From NCBI GenBank assembly GCA_022530585.1, contig CP092821.1, positions 585,525-649,524 on the forward strand: DNA of 64,000 nucleotides. The letters are read 5' to 3'. Under the pieces are notes generated by a model. That model saw nothing but the letters and a program-made list of their open reading frames with translations, did no database searches and was not told where the DNA came from. Positions 40,245 to 49,815 of this stretch are shown in pieces. The position numbers and the translations under genes were made by a program. Origin of the DNA: Candidatus Nealsonbacteria bacterium DGGOD1a. GTDB taxonomy: Bacteria; Patescibacteriota; Minisyncoccia; Minisyncoccales; UBA5738. Position 1 is the stretch's first letter. Each line of letters begins with the position of its first letter.

Positions 40245-40688
40245 ATGAAAGTTATATTATTACAAGATATCGACAAAGTGGGAAAAAAATTTGAAGTCAA
40301 AGAAGTCGCGGACGGTTTCGCGAAAAATCACCTATTCCCCAAAAAGCTGGCTCAACCCGCCACGAAAAACGCGTTGATCTTTGCCGAAACGCAAAGGGAA
40401 ATCGCCGCCAAAATCACCGAAAAGGAATTGCAAGAGACTCAAGCCAAAGCATCGGCAATGGACGGACAGGAGGTGGTAATCACGGTGAATGTGGGCGAGA
40501 AAAACCAGCTTTTCGAATCGGTCACGGCGCAAAAAATTGCCGAAAAAATGAAAGAGGATGGATTGGAAATCGACAAAAAACAAATCATCTTGAAAGAACC
40601 GCTCAAAGAACTCGGGGAATATCCGGTCAAAATAAGTTTCCCGCACAACCTTGAAGCTGAAATAAAAGTGACAATCGCCGCCGAATAA
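40245..40688 (+). CDS. rplI: 50S ribosomal protein L9
   Basis: MKVILLQDI..VG...VADGFAKNHLFPKKLA. Confidence 0.97.
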   Translation: MKVILLQDIDKVGKKFEVKEVADGFAKNHLFPKKLAQPATKNALIFAETQREIAAKITEKELQETQAKASAMDGQEVVITVNVGEKNQLFESVTAQKIAEKMKEDGLEIDKKQIILKEPLKELGEYPVKISFPHNLEAEIKVTIAAE

Positions 40689-40727
40689 CGGCAATCTTAA
40701 CGCCCCGCCCAAAGCGGGGCGGTTATA

Positions 40728-40852
40728 AATTCAAAGTTAAAAAATCAAAATTAAAAATTACAGTTAAAAATTAAAAATGGATAAATTTTAAAATTATTTA
40801 ATTTTATATTTTGCATTGTAATTTTTAATTTTGATTTTTACATTTTGAATTT
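40728..40852. repeat. AT-rich heptamer-repeat palindrome
   Basis: AAATTCAAAGTTAAAAAATCAAAATTAAAAATTACA ... TGTAATTTTTAATTTTGATTTTTACATTTTGAATTT. Confidence 0.7.
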
Positions 40853-40857
40853 GGAAT

Positions 40858-42483
40858 ATGGTTAAATACATATTTGTCGCCGGAGGCGTAATGTCATCCA
40901 TCGGCAAGGGAATTACCACCGCCTCAATCGGCAAAATACTCAAAAGTAACGGTTTTAAGGTTACCGCGATAAAATTCGATCCGTACATCAATGTTGACGC
41001 CGGCACGATGAACCCGATTGAACACGGCGAAGTTTTTGTTACCGACGACGGCACCGAGTGCGACCAGGATGTGGGCAATTACGAACGATTTTTGGACGAA
41101 AATCTAAGCGCGGCCAACTATGCCACCACCGGCAAGGTTTACCAATCGGTGATTCAACGCGAACGCAATTTGGAATACAACGGCAAATGCGTGGAAGTGG
41201 TGCCCGATATTCCCAACGAAGTCATTCGGCGCATTAACAATGCCGCCAAAACTTCAAAGGCGGATTTTGTAATGATTGAAATCGGCGGCACCGTGGGCGA
41301 ATACCAAAATATGCTTTTCCTGGAAGCCGCGCGGATGCTCAAACTCAAAAACCCCGGAAGCGTACTTTTCTTGCTGGTGGGCTATCTGCCCATTCCGGAA
41401 ATGGTGGGCGAAATGAAAACCAAACCGATCCAAAGCGCGGTCAAACAAATCAATTCCGCCGGCATCCAGCCCGATTTCATTATCGGCCGCGGAACCCAGC
41501 CCTTGGACGAACCGCGCAAACAAAAAATTTCCATATTTTGCAATGTTGATGTCCGCGATGTGATTTCCGCGCCGGACGCGGCGACAATCTACGAAGTGCC
41601 GATCACCTTTGCCAACGAACATCTGGGCGACCGGATTTTATCGAAATTCCGCTTGAAATCAAAAGCTAAAAATATGGCCGATTGGAAAAATTTCGTGGAT
41701 ACCGTGCGCAACGCCGCAAAGCCGGTAAAAATCGGCATCGTGGGCAAATATTTCGAATCGGGAAAATTCACCTTGATGGATTCCTATATTTCCGTGATCG
41801 AATCAATAAAGCATGCCGCTTGGTTTCATAACCGCAAACCTGAAATCATATGGTTATCATCGGAAAATTACGAGAAAGACTTAAAAAATCTAAAAGAGCT
41901 TGACCAATACGACGGGATCATTATTCCGGGAGGATTCGGCAACCGGGGGATTGAAGGCAAAATAAAAGCCATTGAATATTGCCGCGTCAACAAAATTCCT
42001 TTTTTGGGATTGTGTCTGGGCATGCAGTTGGCCACCATCGAATTCGCGCGCAATGTTTGCGGACTGAAACGCGCCACCTCAACCGAATTCGATCCCAAAA
42101 CCGATCAGCCCGTAATCGACCTGATGCCCGAACAAAAGAATCTGATAAAATCCAAAAAAATGGGCGCTTCAATGCGCTTGGGCGCTTATGACTGCCGGCT
42201 CAAAAAAGGCACCAAAGCTTTCAACGCTTACGGCAAAACCGAAATGATTTCCGAGCGGCACCGGCATCGCTATGAATTGAACAATGATTACCGCGATGTT
42301 TTGGAAGAAAAAGGATTGGTAATCGCCGGAATCAATCCGGAGAAAAATCTGGCCGAAATCATTGAATTGAAAAACCATCCGTTCTTTATGGCGGCTCAAT
42401 TCCACCCCGAATTCAAATCCCGCCCCCAAAAACCCCATCCGCTGTTCAGAGAGCTGGTTAAAGCGGGAATCGGCAAACAATAA
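40858..42483 (+). CDS. pyrG: CTP synthase
   Basis: GGVMSSIGKG, DPYINVDAGTM, GLCLGMQ and QFHPEF. Confidence 0.98.
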   Translation: MVKYIFVAGGVMSSIGKGITTASIGKILKSNGFKVTAIKFDPYINVDAGTMNPIEHGEVFVTDDGTECDQDVGNYERFLDENLSAANYATTGKVYQSVIQRERNLEYNGKCVEVVPDIPNEVIRRINNAAKTSKADFVMIEIGGTVGEYQNMLFLEAARMLKLKNPGSVLFLLVGYLPIPEMVGEMKTKPIQSAVKQINSAGIQPDFIIGRGTQPLDEPRKQKISIFCNVDVRDVISAPDAATIYEVPITFANEHLGDRILSKFRLKSKAKNMADWKNFVDTVRNAAKPVKIGIVGKYFESGKFTLMDSYISVIESIKHAAWFHNRKPEIIWLSSENYEKDLKNLKELDQYDGIIIPGGFGNRGIEGKIKAIEYCRVNKIPFLGLCLGMQLATIEFARNVCGLKRATSTEFDPKTDQPVIDLMPEQKNLIKSKKMGASMRLGAYDCRLKKGTKAFNAYGKTEMISERHRHRYELNNDYRDVLEEKGLVIAGINPEKNLAEIIELKNHPFFMAAQFHPEFKSRPQKPHPLFRELVKAGIGKQ

Positions 42484-42515
42484 TTTTCAATTCTCGAACT
42501 CCAATTTTCAATAAA

Positions 42516-42621
42516 CTTTAAACTACGAAATGATTTGTATTTTGGGGTCTATCCCCTGTGTAATCGCAGGGGTTAGACCCCTTTAAAAGTATTTTGAATT
42601 TAATGATTTCGTAATTTAAGG
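42516..42621. mobile_element. MITE with IS982-like ends carrying one REP-like doublet
   Basis: CTTTAAACTACGAAAT / ATTTCGTAATTTAAGG; AATAAA on both flanks; internal GGGGTCTATCCCCTG..CAGGGGTTAGACCCC. Confidence 0.7.
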
Positions 42622-42709
42622 AATAAATATTCCAAATTCCAATAAAAATTAGTCAAAACAAAAACACCCATTAAAAGGTGTCTTTTGTTTTAATCTGAAA
42701 AGTTAAAAA

Positions 42710-42994
42710 TTATTTTGCCGCTGGAAAAACCTCCGCCACTTTCGCCAATCTTTGCGTGCCATTAAACATTTTCTTGCGGGTTTCGCGGTATTTCACCACG
42801 CCCTCGGCAACCGCGTAAAGCGTGTTGTCGCTGCCGGTTTTGACATTTTTTCCGGCGATGATCGATGTGCCGCGCTGGCGCACCAAAATACTGCCGATTT
42901 TTGCCGGTTGGCCGTCATAGAGCTTCACGCCCAAATATTTTGGCCGCGGATCTCTTCCCAATTTTGTTCCGCCGGTATTTTTGGTCTTTGCCAT
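42710..42994 (-). CDS. rpmA: 50S ribosomal protein L27
   Basis: GRDPRPKYLGVK, ILVRQRG and DNTLYA. Confidence 0.96.
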   Translation of the reverse strand: MAKTKNTGGTKLGRDPRPKYLGVKLYDGQPAKIGSILVRQRGTSIIAGKNVKTGSDNTLYAVAEGVVKYRETRKKMFNGTQRLAKVAEVFPAAK

Positions 42995-43493
42995 AATTTT
43001 GTATTTGTATTTTGCATTTCAAAAGGCCGTTCCCCCGCCACGGCGGGGGTGCGACCTTGGCAAACTGCATTTTGTATTTGTTATTTTGCTTCCGCGCAAC
43101 ACCCAAATAATAGCGCAAATCTTGCTTTTTGTCAAAAAAAATAGGGGCGAAATGTCTTACATTAAGCATTTTGCCCCAAAAAAAAGCGATGGAGTCAGAG
43201 TTCTTATTCTTCAACCATTGCGCCTAAACGTCCGTAACGGAGGATTAGGGATGATCAAAATTACCTCTAACATACTCACTCTTCTTTTGCTTCGTTGATA
43301 CGCCTCATGAGGTTGCAGGCATCAATTACAAGATCAAGAACAAAATCTCGATCTTTCATATTTACTCCCGCAAGCTCTAAAATCTTGCTCTCTCTTCTTG
43401 CAAAATCGCGCATGATTTTTTGCAAATCAATTGCAACCATTGCAATAAGGAGAGCCCTGCTCTTCTCTCCAGCCGTTTTCTCACCTCCTTTCT

Positions 43494-44585
43494 CGAAAAT
43501 TCTCTTTTGAAATGCAACTTCGGTAAAATGAAGTTGTATGAAAAAACAAATCCGCAAAAAACGAAAAAAGAAGCGGCATTTTCGCCATTTGAAGCAAACC
43601 GACCGGGATCGAATCGAAGCGCTGTTGAATGCCGGCCACAAACAAGAGGAAGTTGCCAAAATACTTGATTTTGATGCCAGCGCCATCAGCCGGGAGATGA
43701 AAAGAAAACGCAAGAACGGCAAATACTCGGCGCTGACCGCCCAGCTGAAAGCAAGAGCGAAAAGATTAAACAGCAAGCATCCGGGAATGAAGGTTGAGCA
43801 ATATCCGGAGTTAAGGGAACAAATCATCAAAGGGTTGAAAGACCACCGCTCCCCGGATGAGATCGCCGGGCGGATGAAGCGTGAAAAGCAAAACCCGCGG
43901 GTCGGCGCCAATGCCATCTACAAATGGCTGTACAGCGCTTGGGGCCAGGCATATTGCCCGCTTCTTTGCACCAAGCGATATCATCCGCGCAAACAGAAAA
44001 AGAAAACCAAAAGAGAAATGATTCCTAATCGTATTTCCATCAAAAAGAGGCCAAAGCGAGGAATCCACGCCGAAGGCGATCTGTTTGTTTCGCCGACCAA
44101 AACCGGCAGCCAAAACAGCGGCGCAATCATTTGCGTTCCAGCCTCGAAACTGCTTGCCGGCACGATGATTGAAAGCAAAAAACCGGCCGTAATGAGGCTG
44201 GCCGTTAAAAGCATGTTGTTGGATTTGAGCATTGATGATCTGACTTTCGACAATGGCATCGAAAACAAAGAGCACGAACAATTCGGATTGCCAGCGTATT
44301 TCTGCGACCCTCACAGTCCCTGGCAGAAACCACATGTAGAGAATGGCATCGGGCTTGTCCGCCGGTGGTTTATCCCCAAGAAAACCGATTTGAAAAACAT
44401 CTCCGAGGAACGATTCCAAGATTGCCTGCATATCCTTAACGGCAAATACCGGAAATCACTGGGATACCGCTCCGCCTACGAAGTTTCGCTGAAACGTGGT
44501 ATTATACAAAAAATCCCGCGCTGAGCGGGGTGAAAATATTAGGGGAAATTTAAAAGAAAAGTTGCATTTCGCTAGAAAATTTACA
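43494..44585 (+). mobile_element. IS30-family insertion sequence
   Basis: Imperfect 27-bp TIR with core GAAATGCAACTT/AAGTTGCATTTC; TCT on both flanks. Confidence 0.85.
43538..44524 (+). CDS. IS30 transposase
   Basis: HTH, SPDEIAGR, EGD, TFDNGIE, CDPHSPWQKPHVENGIGLVR and RKSLGY. Confidence 0.93.
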   Translation: MKKQIRKKRKKKRHFRHLKQTDRDRIEALLNAGHKQEEVAKILDFDASAISREMKRKRKNGKYSALTAQLKARAKRLNSKHPGMKVEQYPELREQIIKGLKDHRSPDEIAGRMKREKQNPRVGANAIYKWLYSAWGQAYCPLLCTKRYHPRKQKKKTKREMIPNRISIKKRPKRGIHAEGDLFVSPTKTGSQNSGAIICVPASKLLAGTMIESKKPAVMRLAVKSMLLDLSIDDLTFDNGIENKEHEQFGLPAYFCDPHSPWQKPHVENGIGLVRRWFIPKKTDLKNISEERFQDCLHILNGKYRKSLGYRSAYEVSLKRGIIQKIPR

Positions 44586-44660
44586 TCTATCTTGTGTCTT
44601 TATTATGCATATTTTTCAATTTTTGTCAAGTTCCATCCATTGCGCTATAATGATTCCATT

Positions 44661-45662
44661 ATGAAGATTGCCATCATCGGCGGGGGAATATGCGGGCTGT
44701 ATTTGGCCAAGAATCTCGCGCAAAAGGGGAATGAAGTTTTTGTTTTTGAAAAAAAGAAAACCATTGGCAAGCAATGCTGTTCGGGGCTGTTTTCCCAGCG
44801 GCTTTTTGATTTTATTCCCGAAGCAAGGCCGCTTTCGACCAATCAAATCAATTCCGCGATAATAAATTTCCCAAAAAAATCGGTAAGGTTGAAATTTCGG
44901 CAACCATTCTTTGTGATTGAGCACGATCAGATGGATTTGCTGATGGCCGCGCTTGCCGTTCAAACCGGCGCCCAAATCCGCGTCAACGAAAAAATCGATG
45001 CCGGGCGCCTTCACCAAATCAAAACCGAATTCGACCGCGTAATCGGCGCCGACGGCGCGCTTTCGCCCACAAGAAACTACCTGTTAACCGATCGCGTGGG
45101 TCCGACCCGCGCAAAAATGCGTGGGTCGGACCCACGCAAAAATGGCGAGCCGAAATTCTGGCTGGGAATCCAGGGGTTGGAGGAAAAAACAGACAATTCG
45201 GATTTTGTGGAAACTTGGGCCACAAAAAACGGATTTTTGTGGAAAATTCCGCGCGGAGAAAATATTGAATGGGGGATTATGGAAAAACCGAAAATCGCGC
45301 CAAAGCTGTTTGATGAATTTGTGGCGCGAAGAAACCTCAAGCTTGCCCGCTTGAAATCCGCGATCATCCCGCAAGGACTGATCATTCCCGAAAACGAAAA
45401 AATTACGCTGTGCGGCGACGCAAGCGGCCTGACAAAACCATGGTCGGGCGGCGGAGTCATCTGGAATTTGACCCAAGCCGACATTCTATTGAAAAATTTT
45501 CCAAATTTCCTACAATACAGAAAAGAAGCTTCGCGCTTTTTTAGTTTGAAAATCAGGCTGGGAAAAGCGGCGAAAACTTGCGTTTACGCCGCGGGATTCA
45601 ATTTTCCGACAATAATTCCCGGCGGCGTCAATCTTGACGGCGATTATCTGATCAAAAAATAG
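44661..45662 (+). CDS. FAD-dependent oxidoreductase, geranylgeranyl reductase family
   Basis: IAIIGGGICG, CCSGLFS, IGADG and CGDASGLTKPWSGGG. Confidence 0.85.
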   Translation: MKIAIIGGGICGLYLAKNLAQKGNEVFVFEKKKTIGKQCCSGLFSQRLFDFIPEARPLSTNQINSAIINFPKKSVRLKFRQPFFVIEHDQMDLLMAALAVQTGAQIRVNEKIDAGRLHQIKTEFDRVIGADGALSPTRNYLLTDRVGPTRAKMRGSDPRKNGEPKFWLGIQGLEEKTDNSDFVETWATKNGFLWKIPRGENIEWGIMEKPKIAPKLFDEFVARRNLKLARLKSAIIPQGLIIPENEKITLCGDASGLTKPWSGGGVIWNLTQADILLKNFPNFLQYRKEASRFFSLKIRLGKAAKTCVYAAGFNFPTIIPGGVNLDGDYLIKK

Positions 45663-45669
45663 AAAAATA

Positions 45670-46353
45670 ATGGAAAACCAATCAACATTGCCCCGCCACG
45701 CGGGGCTGATCACAGATGGAAACCGCCGTTGGGCAAAAGAGCACAACCTGCCATCGTTTGAAGGCCACAACAAAGGATTCGACGCGATAAAAAAAATTAT
45801 TGAAACGGCCGGCGAAAAGGGCATCGGAATGTTCACCTTTTGGGCTTTTTCCACGGAAAACTGGAACCGCTCAAAAGAAGAAGTGGCTTATCTGATGGAC
45901 CTTTTCGAGAAATCATTAAGCGACTTTGAAAGAATTTCGGGCAAAAATATACGATTCCGGATTGTCGGGCAAAAGCATCGGTTCAGACAATCGATACAAA
46001 GAAAAATTGAAGAAGTTGAGAGATCAACCGCGGATAACAAAGGGATGATCGTTAATATGGGAATGAGTTACGGCGGCCGCGATGAAATAGTACAAGGGAT
46101 TAAATCAATTATCGAAAAAGGGATAAAACCCGAAGAAATCACCGAGAAAACCATTTCCGACAATCTTTGGTTGCCCGATATTGATTTGATCATCCGCACC
46201 GGCGGCGAACTCCGGCTTTCGGGATTTCTCCCATGGCAATCCACCTATGCCGAGCTTTTCTTCGTAAAAAAGTACCTGCCCGACTTCGCTCCGACGGATT
46301 TTGACGCGATTCTCGCCGAATACAACCAGCGCCAAAAGCGCTTTGGAAAGTAA
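45670..46353 (+). CDS. uppS: Polyprenyl (undecaprenyl) diphosphate synthase
   Basis: ITDGNRRWA, AFSTENWNR, YGGRDEI and IRTGGELRLSGFLPWQ. Confidence 0.96.
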   Translation: MENQSTLPRHAGLITDGNRRWAKEHNLPSFEGHNKGFDAIKKIIETAGEKGIGMFTFWAFSTENWNRSKEEVAYLMDLFEKSLSDFERISGKNIRFRIVGQKHRFRQSIQRKIEEVERSTADNKGMIVNMGMSYGGRDEIVQGIKSIIEKGIKPEEITEKTISDNLWLPDIDLIIRTGGELRLSGFLPWQSTYAELFFVKKYLPDFAPTDFDAILAEYNQRQKRFGK

Positions 46354-46362
46354 TTTACACAT

Positions 46363-47145
46363 ATGGACCTGACCATAATCAAGATCGGCGGATCGGTGAT
46401 CACCGACAAAAAAAGCGGCAAACCGAAAATCAACTTCGGAAATATCAACAATATTGCCAAAGTTTTAAAGGATTTCAAGCAACCATACATCCTGATTCAC
46501 GGTGCCGGATCTTTTGGACATCCTTTGGTTAAAAAAACAGGGATAGATAAAAGCGTGATCAGCGAAACGCAATTGCTGGCCTTTGCCAACACCCAAAAAC
46601 TGCAAAACCAGCTCAACTGCCTATTCTGCGATGCGCTTATCAAAAAAAATATTCCGGCGTTTCCCGCGCAAGCATCGAGCCACGCGGTTTTGGAACGCGG
46701 GCGACTGGTTAAAATGGAAACTGAAGCTATCGCCGGACTGCTTCGATTGAAAATGGTACCTGTTTGCTATGGCGTGCCCGCGCACGACAAATTATGGGGT
46801 TCGACGATTCTTTCCGGTGACCAAATCGCGCCTTATCTGGCCAAAAGACTTGGCGCGCATAAAATTATCGAAGTCAGCGATGTGGATGGCATCTTCACCG
46901 CCAATCCCAAAACTGACAAAAACGCAAAACTGATCCGTGAAATAAATCTAAGCAATTACAAAGACATCGAAAGATTCCTCTCGGGAAGTTTGGCGGCCGA
47001 TGTTACCGGCGGCATGAAACAAAAATATCTCGAGCTGGTCGATGCGGCCAAAGTCGGCATTATCTGCCAAATCACTCACTTCAAACATTTAAATGACGCC
47101 CTCGCAAACAGGCCCGTGGGTACTATCATCAATCTCAAAAATTAA
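46363..47145 (+). CDS. Isopentenyl phosphate kinase (amino-acid kinase family)
   Basis: KIGGSVITDK, HGAGSFGH, ILSGDQI and DVTGGM..K. Confidence 0.85.
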   Translation: MDLTIIKIGGSVITDKKSGKPKINFGNINNIAKVLKDFKQPYILIHGAGSFGHPLVKKTGIDKSVISETQLLAFANTQKLQNQLNCLFCDALIKKNIPAFPAQASSHAVLERGRLVKMETEAIAGLLRLKMVPVCYGVPAHDKLWGSTILSGDQIAPYLAKRLGAHKIIEVSDVDGIFTANPKTDKNAKLIREINLSNYKDIERFLSGSLAADVTGGMKQKYLELVDAAKVGIICQITHFKHLNDALANRPVGTIINLKN

Positions 47146-47146
47146 T

Positions 47147-47488
47147 ATGAAAATCGTCAAAAGAAATGAGGCTGTCAAATTCAATCACGGCAAAACCTGC
47201 ACCGCCAATGAATATCCGGTCGACGATAAAGATATAAATATTGCCATCATCGAACTGAACGGAAGATACCCGGAAAAAGGGTTCGCGATAAACGAAGTGT
47301 CGAAAGAATTGGCATACATTATAAAAGGTTCGGGGAAAGTTGTTATCAGCAGCAAAGAAATCGAAGTCGGTGAAGGCGATCTTGTTTTCGTTGAGCCGCA
47401 AGAAAAATTCTATTGGGAAGGGAAAATGACGCTTATTATGCCTTGTACCCCAGCTTGGAACCCAGAACAGTATAAAGTCATCGAATAA
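47147..47488 (+). CDS. Cupin domain protein
   Basis: ELAYIIKGSG...GDLVFVEP...PAW. Confidence 0.8.
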   Translation: MKIVKRNEAVKFNHGKTCTANEYPVDDKDINIAIIELNGRYPEKGFAINEVSKELAYIIKGSGKVVISSKEIEVGEGDLVFVEPQEKFYWEGKMTLIMPCTPAWNPEQYKVIE

Positions 47489-47494
47489 TCCGCA

Positions 47495-47629
47495 AAAATC
47501 AAAAATATATTTTCCAAATGTATTTCGTCGAGCGGGGTATGAACCCCGCACGACGACCAAAGGGGGCACCCCTTTGGAATCCTCTTGGTGCACCCCGGGG
47601 CAAAGCCCCGAGGTATTGCACTCAATAAA
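47495..47629 (+). repeat. Repeat family A, copy 4
   Basis: Nearly identical to 19964-20098. Confidence 0.95.
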
Positions 47630-47670
47630 AAAATGGCGCGCCAAACGCTGTTTTTTGTTATAATAAAATC

Positions 47671-48330
47671 ATGAAAATCAAGGATTTGACAAAAGTTGAC
47701 CGGCCGCGGGAAAAACTGGAAAAATACGGAACCGCAAAATTGGCGGATTATGAACTGCTGGCGATTTTGCTCGGGTCGGGGATCAAGGGATTGAATGTGA
47801 TCGCGCTTTCGAAAAGGATATTGAAACTTATTGACAAGGTTGGCATCGATAAAATCACCCTTGAAAACTTGCTTAAAGAACGCGGCCTTGGCAAGGCCAA
47901 GGCAATGCAAGTGATCTCGGCCTTGGAATTCGGCAAACGGATCAATTCAGGAGAAAAACCGGAAATTTTGACCGCCGAAGATGTTTGGAAATTGTGCGGT
48001 GATTTTCGCGGCTCCAAAAAAGAACATTTTGCGGCGTTTTATCTGGACACGCAAAGCAAACTGATTGAACGCCAGATAATCTCCATCGGCACTTTAAACG
48101 CCAGCCTGGTCCACCCCCGCGAAGTCTTTGAACCCGCGGTTGGGTTGCATGCCGCCAACATAATCGTGGCGCACAACCACCCCAGCGGCGTTTTGGAACC
48201 CTCCGGCGACGACCTTGCCATCACCAAGCGCCTGTCGGAATCCGGAAAAATCATGGGCATTGCGCTGATTGACCATATCATCATCGCCAACGCCAAATTT
48301 TCAAGCTTCAAAAACAAAAATCTGATTTGA
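47671..48330 (+). CDS. radC: RadC (JAB domain) protein
   Basis: RPREKL, VHPREVF, AHNHPSG..PS..D and DHII. Confidence 0.95.
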   Translation: MKIKDLTKVDRPREKLEKYGTAKLADYELLAILLGSGIKGLNVIALSKRILKLIDKVGIDKITLENLLKERGLGKAKAMQVISALEFGKRINSGEKPEILTAEDVWKLCGDFRGSKKEHFAAFYLDTQSKLIERQIISIGTLNASLVHPREVFEPAVGLHAANIIVAHNHPSGVLEPSGDDLAITKRLSESGKIMGIALIDHIIIANAKFSSFKNKNLI

Positions 48331-48375
48331 CAGCGTTTGGGATGTACATTATTATGTACATATAATACAAAATGC

Positions 48376-48711
48376 ATGAATGCCAAAAATACAATATCAA
48401 TCTCCGAAGCAAGAAAAAGAATCTTTGAAATCGCCAAAGAAGTCCAAAAGCCGGACAAATATTACACCTTGACCGAAAAAGGCAAACCCAAGGCGGTTTT
48501 GATGTCGGCCGATGAATTTGACTCGATTATGGAAACAATTGACATATTAAGCGATCCCGATATTCTGGACAGTATAAAGAAAGCGGAGGAAGAATATCGG
48601 AAAGGCGAATATAAAACATGGGATGAGTTGAAAATAGATATCGGGGCGAGCAAAGAAATGGAGCCGGCAGCGGTTTGCGAAAATCCGAAAAGAAAATACC
48701 ATGCGAAATAA
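48376..48711 (+). CDS. Phd/YefM antitoxin
   Basis: ISISEARK...LTEKGKPKAVLMS...ETIDILSDP. Confidence 0.88.
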   Translation: MNAKNTISISEARKRIFEIAKEVQKPDKYYTLTEKGKPKAVLMSADEFDSIMETIDILSDPDILDSIKKAEEEYRKGEYKTWDELKIDIGASKEMEPAAVCENPKRKYHAK

Positions 48712-48958
48712 CTATCGGATTATCGTCCCGAAATCAGTGATTAAAGATATAAATTCAATTCCGCTTCCATGGAAGGAACGCGTAATCAAAGCGATCGATT
48801 TGCTGCCGCAAAACCCATTTATGGGTGAAAAATTATGGGGAAAGCTGAAAGGCAAGCGCAAAATCAGGATATATCCTTACCGGATAATTTATGAAATTAT
48901 CAATAAAAACCGCATAATCTTGATCCTTGAAGCCGGCCACCGCCAAGGCATATATTAA
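48701..48958 (+). CDS. RelE/ParE toxin
   Basis: KLWGKLKG..IRIYPYRIIYEI...GHRQGIY; overlaps the antitoxin. Confidence 0.88.
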   Translation: MRNNYRIIVPKSVIKDINSIPLPWKERVIKAIDLLPQNPFMGEKLWGKLKGKRKIRIYPYRIIYEIINKNRIILILEAGHRQGIY

Positions 48959-48969
48959 TTTTTAAAAAT

Positions 48970-49239
48970 ATGTACTCATCTCAAACTGATTGCGGTTCGA
49001 CAGTAAGTTGCGGAACCGACCTTGATACCGGTTGGTTCGTGAAAGACCTCAACGACCGCGCCGACCGGATCAAACATCTTGAATTTCACATTGAGCACGG
49101 CGATTATTTCGCGGTTCTGGCAACCATCATCAATATCGCCCTGAAAGAAAAAGATTTCGACCGCGAGAAAATCTTCAAAAATCTCTTCGACGATCTGGAA
49201 TATCTGCAAGAAAATTACGACATCGTGAAAAGATTATAA
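48970..49239 (+). CDS. Hypothetical protein
   Basis: 89 aa; FHIEHGDYFAVLAT...DLEYLQENY. Confidence 0.65.
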   Translation: MYSSQTDCGSTVSCGTDLDTGWFVKDLNDRADRIKHLEFHIEHGDYFAVLATIINIALKEKDFDREKIFKNLFDDLEYLQENYDIVKRL

Positions 49240-49317
49240 AACGGTCTGGCGCGGTTGCGAGCCAAACGGATTGTTTTTTGCTATAATAAATCCAGAGAAT
49301 AATAAACATAAAAAAAT

Positions 49318-49650
49318 ATGAATATCTTAATCAATTGGCTGGTGATGACGGTCGCGGTTATCGTTTCGGCTTATATTCTGCCCGGGGTTACGCTGTCGGG
49401 ATTTTGGGCCGCGCTTTTAGTGGCGCTCGTTCTTGGATTGCTGAATGTTTCCATAAAACCTCTGCTTCTAATCCTCACCCTGCCGATCAATATCTTAACT
49501 TTGGGATTGTTCACGCTGGTCATCAACGCGCTGATCATTATGATGGCTTCGGCCATTGTCCCGGGTTTCAAGGTTAATGGTTTCTGGTATTCCATGCTTT
49601 TCAGCGTCGTGCTTTCGATTGTCTTGTACTTGATAAACAAAGCAAAATAA
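49318..49650 (+). CDS. Phage holin family 4 / YvlD-like membrane protein
   Basis: KPLLLILTLPINILTLGLFTLVINA. Confidence 0.9.
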   Translation: MNILINWLVMTVAVIVSAYILPGVTLSGFWAALLVALVLGLLNVSIKPLLLILTLPINILTLGLFTLVINALIIMMASAIVPGFKVNGFWYSMLFSVVLSIVLYLINKAK

Positions 49651-49815
49651 GGGCGTTGCCGAAGCGACAATGGCAAAATTGTCCGGAATGTCTTTGACCA
49701 AAGTTTTTGAAGGTCCGTATCGGGCCGCAGCCCGAAATGCGCCAAAACCTACGGCAAAAATTATGCGGCGCTTTTCGTGTTCGTGTAAATCCGCCGGCTC
49801 CCGGCGAACAAATCA

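Noticed and set aside
43276..43917. 213-aa minus-strand ORF
   Set aside because: Mostly the antisense shadow of the IS30 transposase; only a short remnant left of the IS might be coding.
29608..47910. Recurring ORF peptides such as SAIPRGFAPGCTKRIPKGCPLW
   Set aside because: These are translations of non-coding repeat family A, not a protein family.
49318..49650. Holin as evidence of a prophage
   Set aside because: YvlD/holin-4 proteins are common chromosomal membrane proteins and no phage structural genes are nearby.
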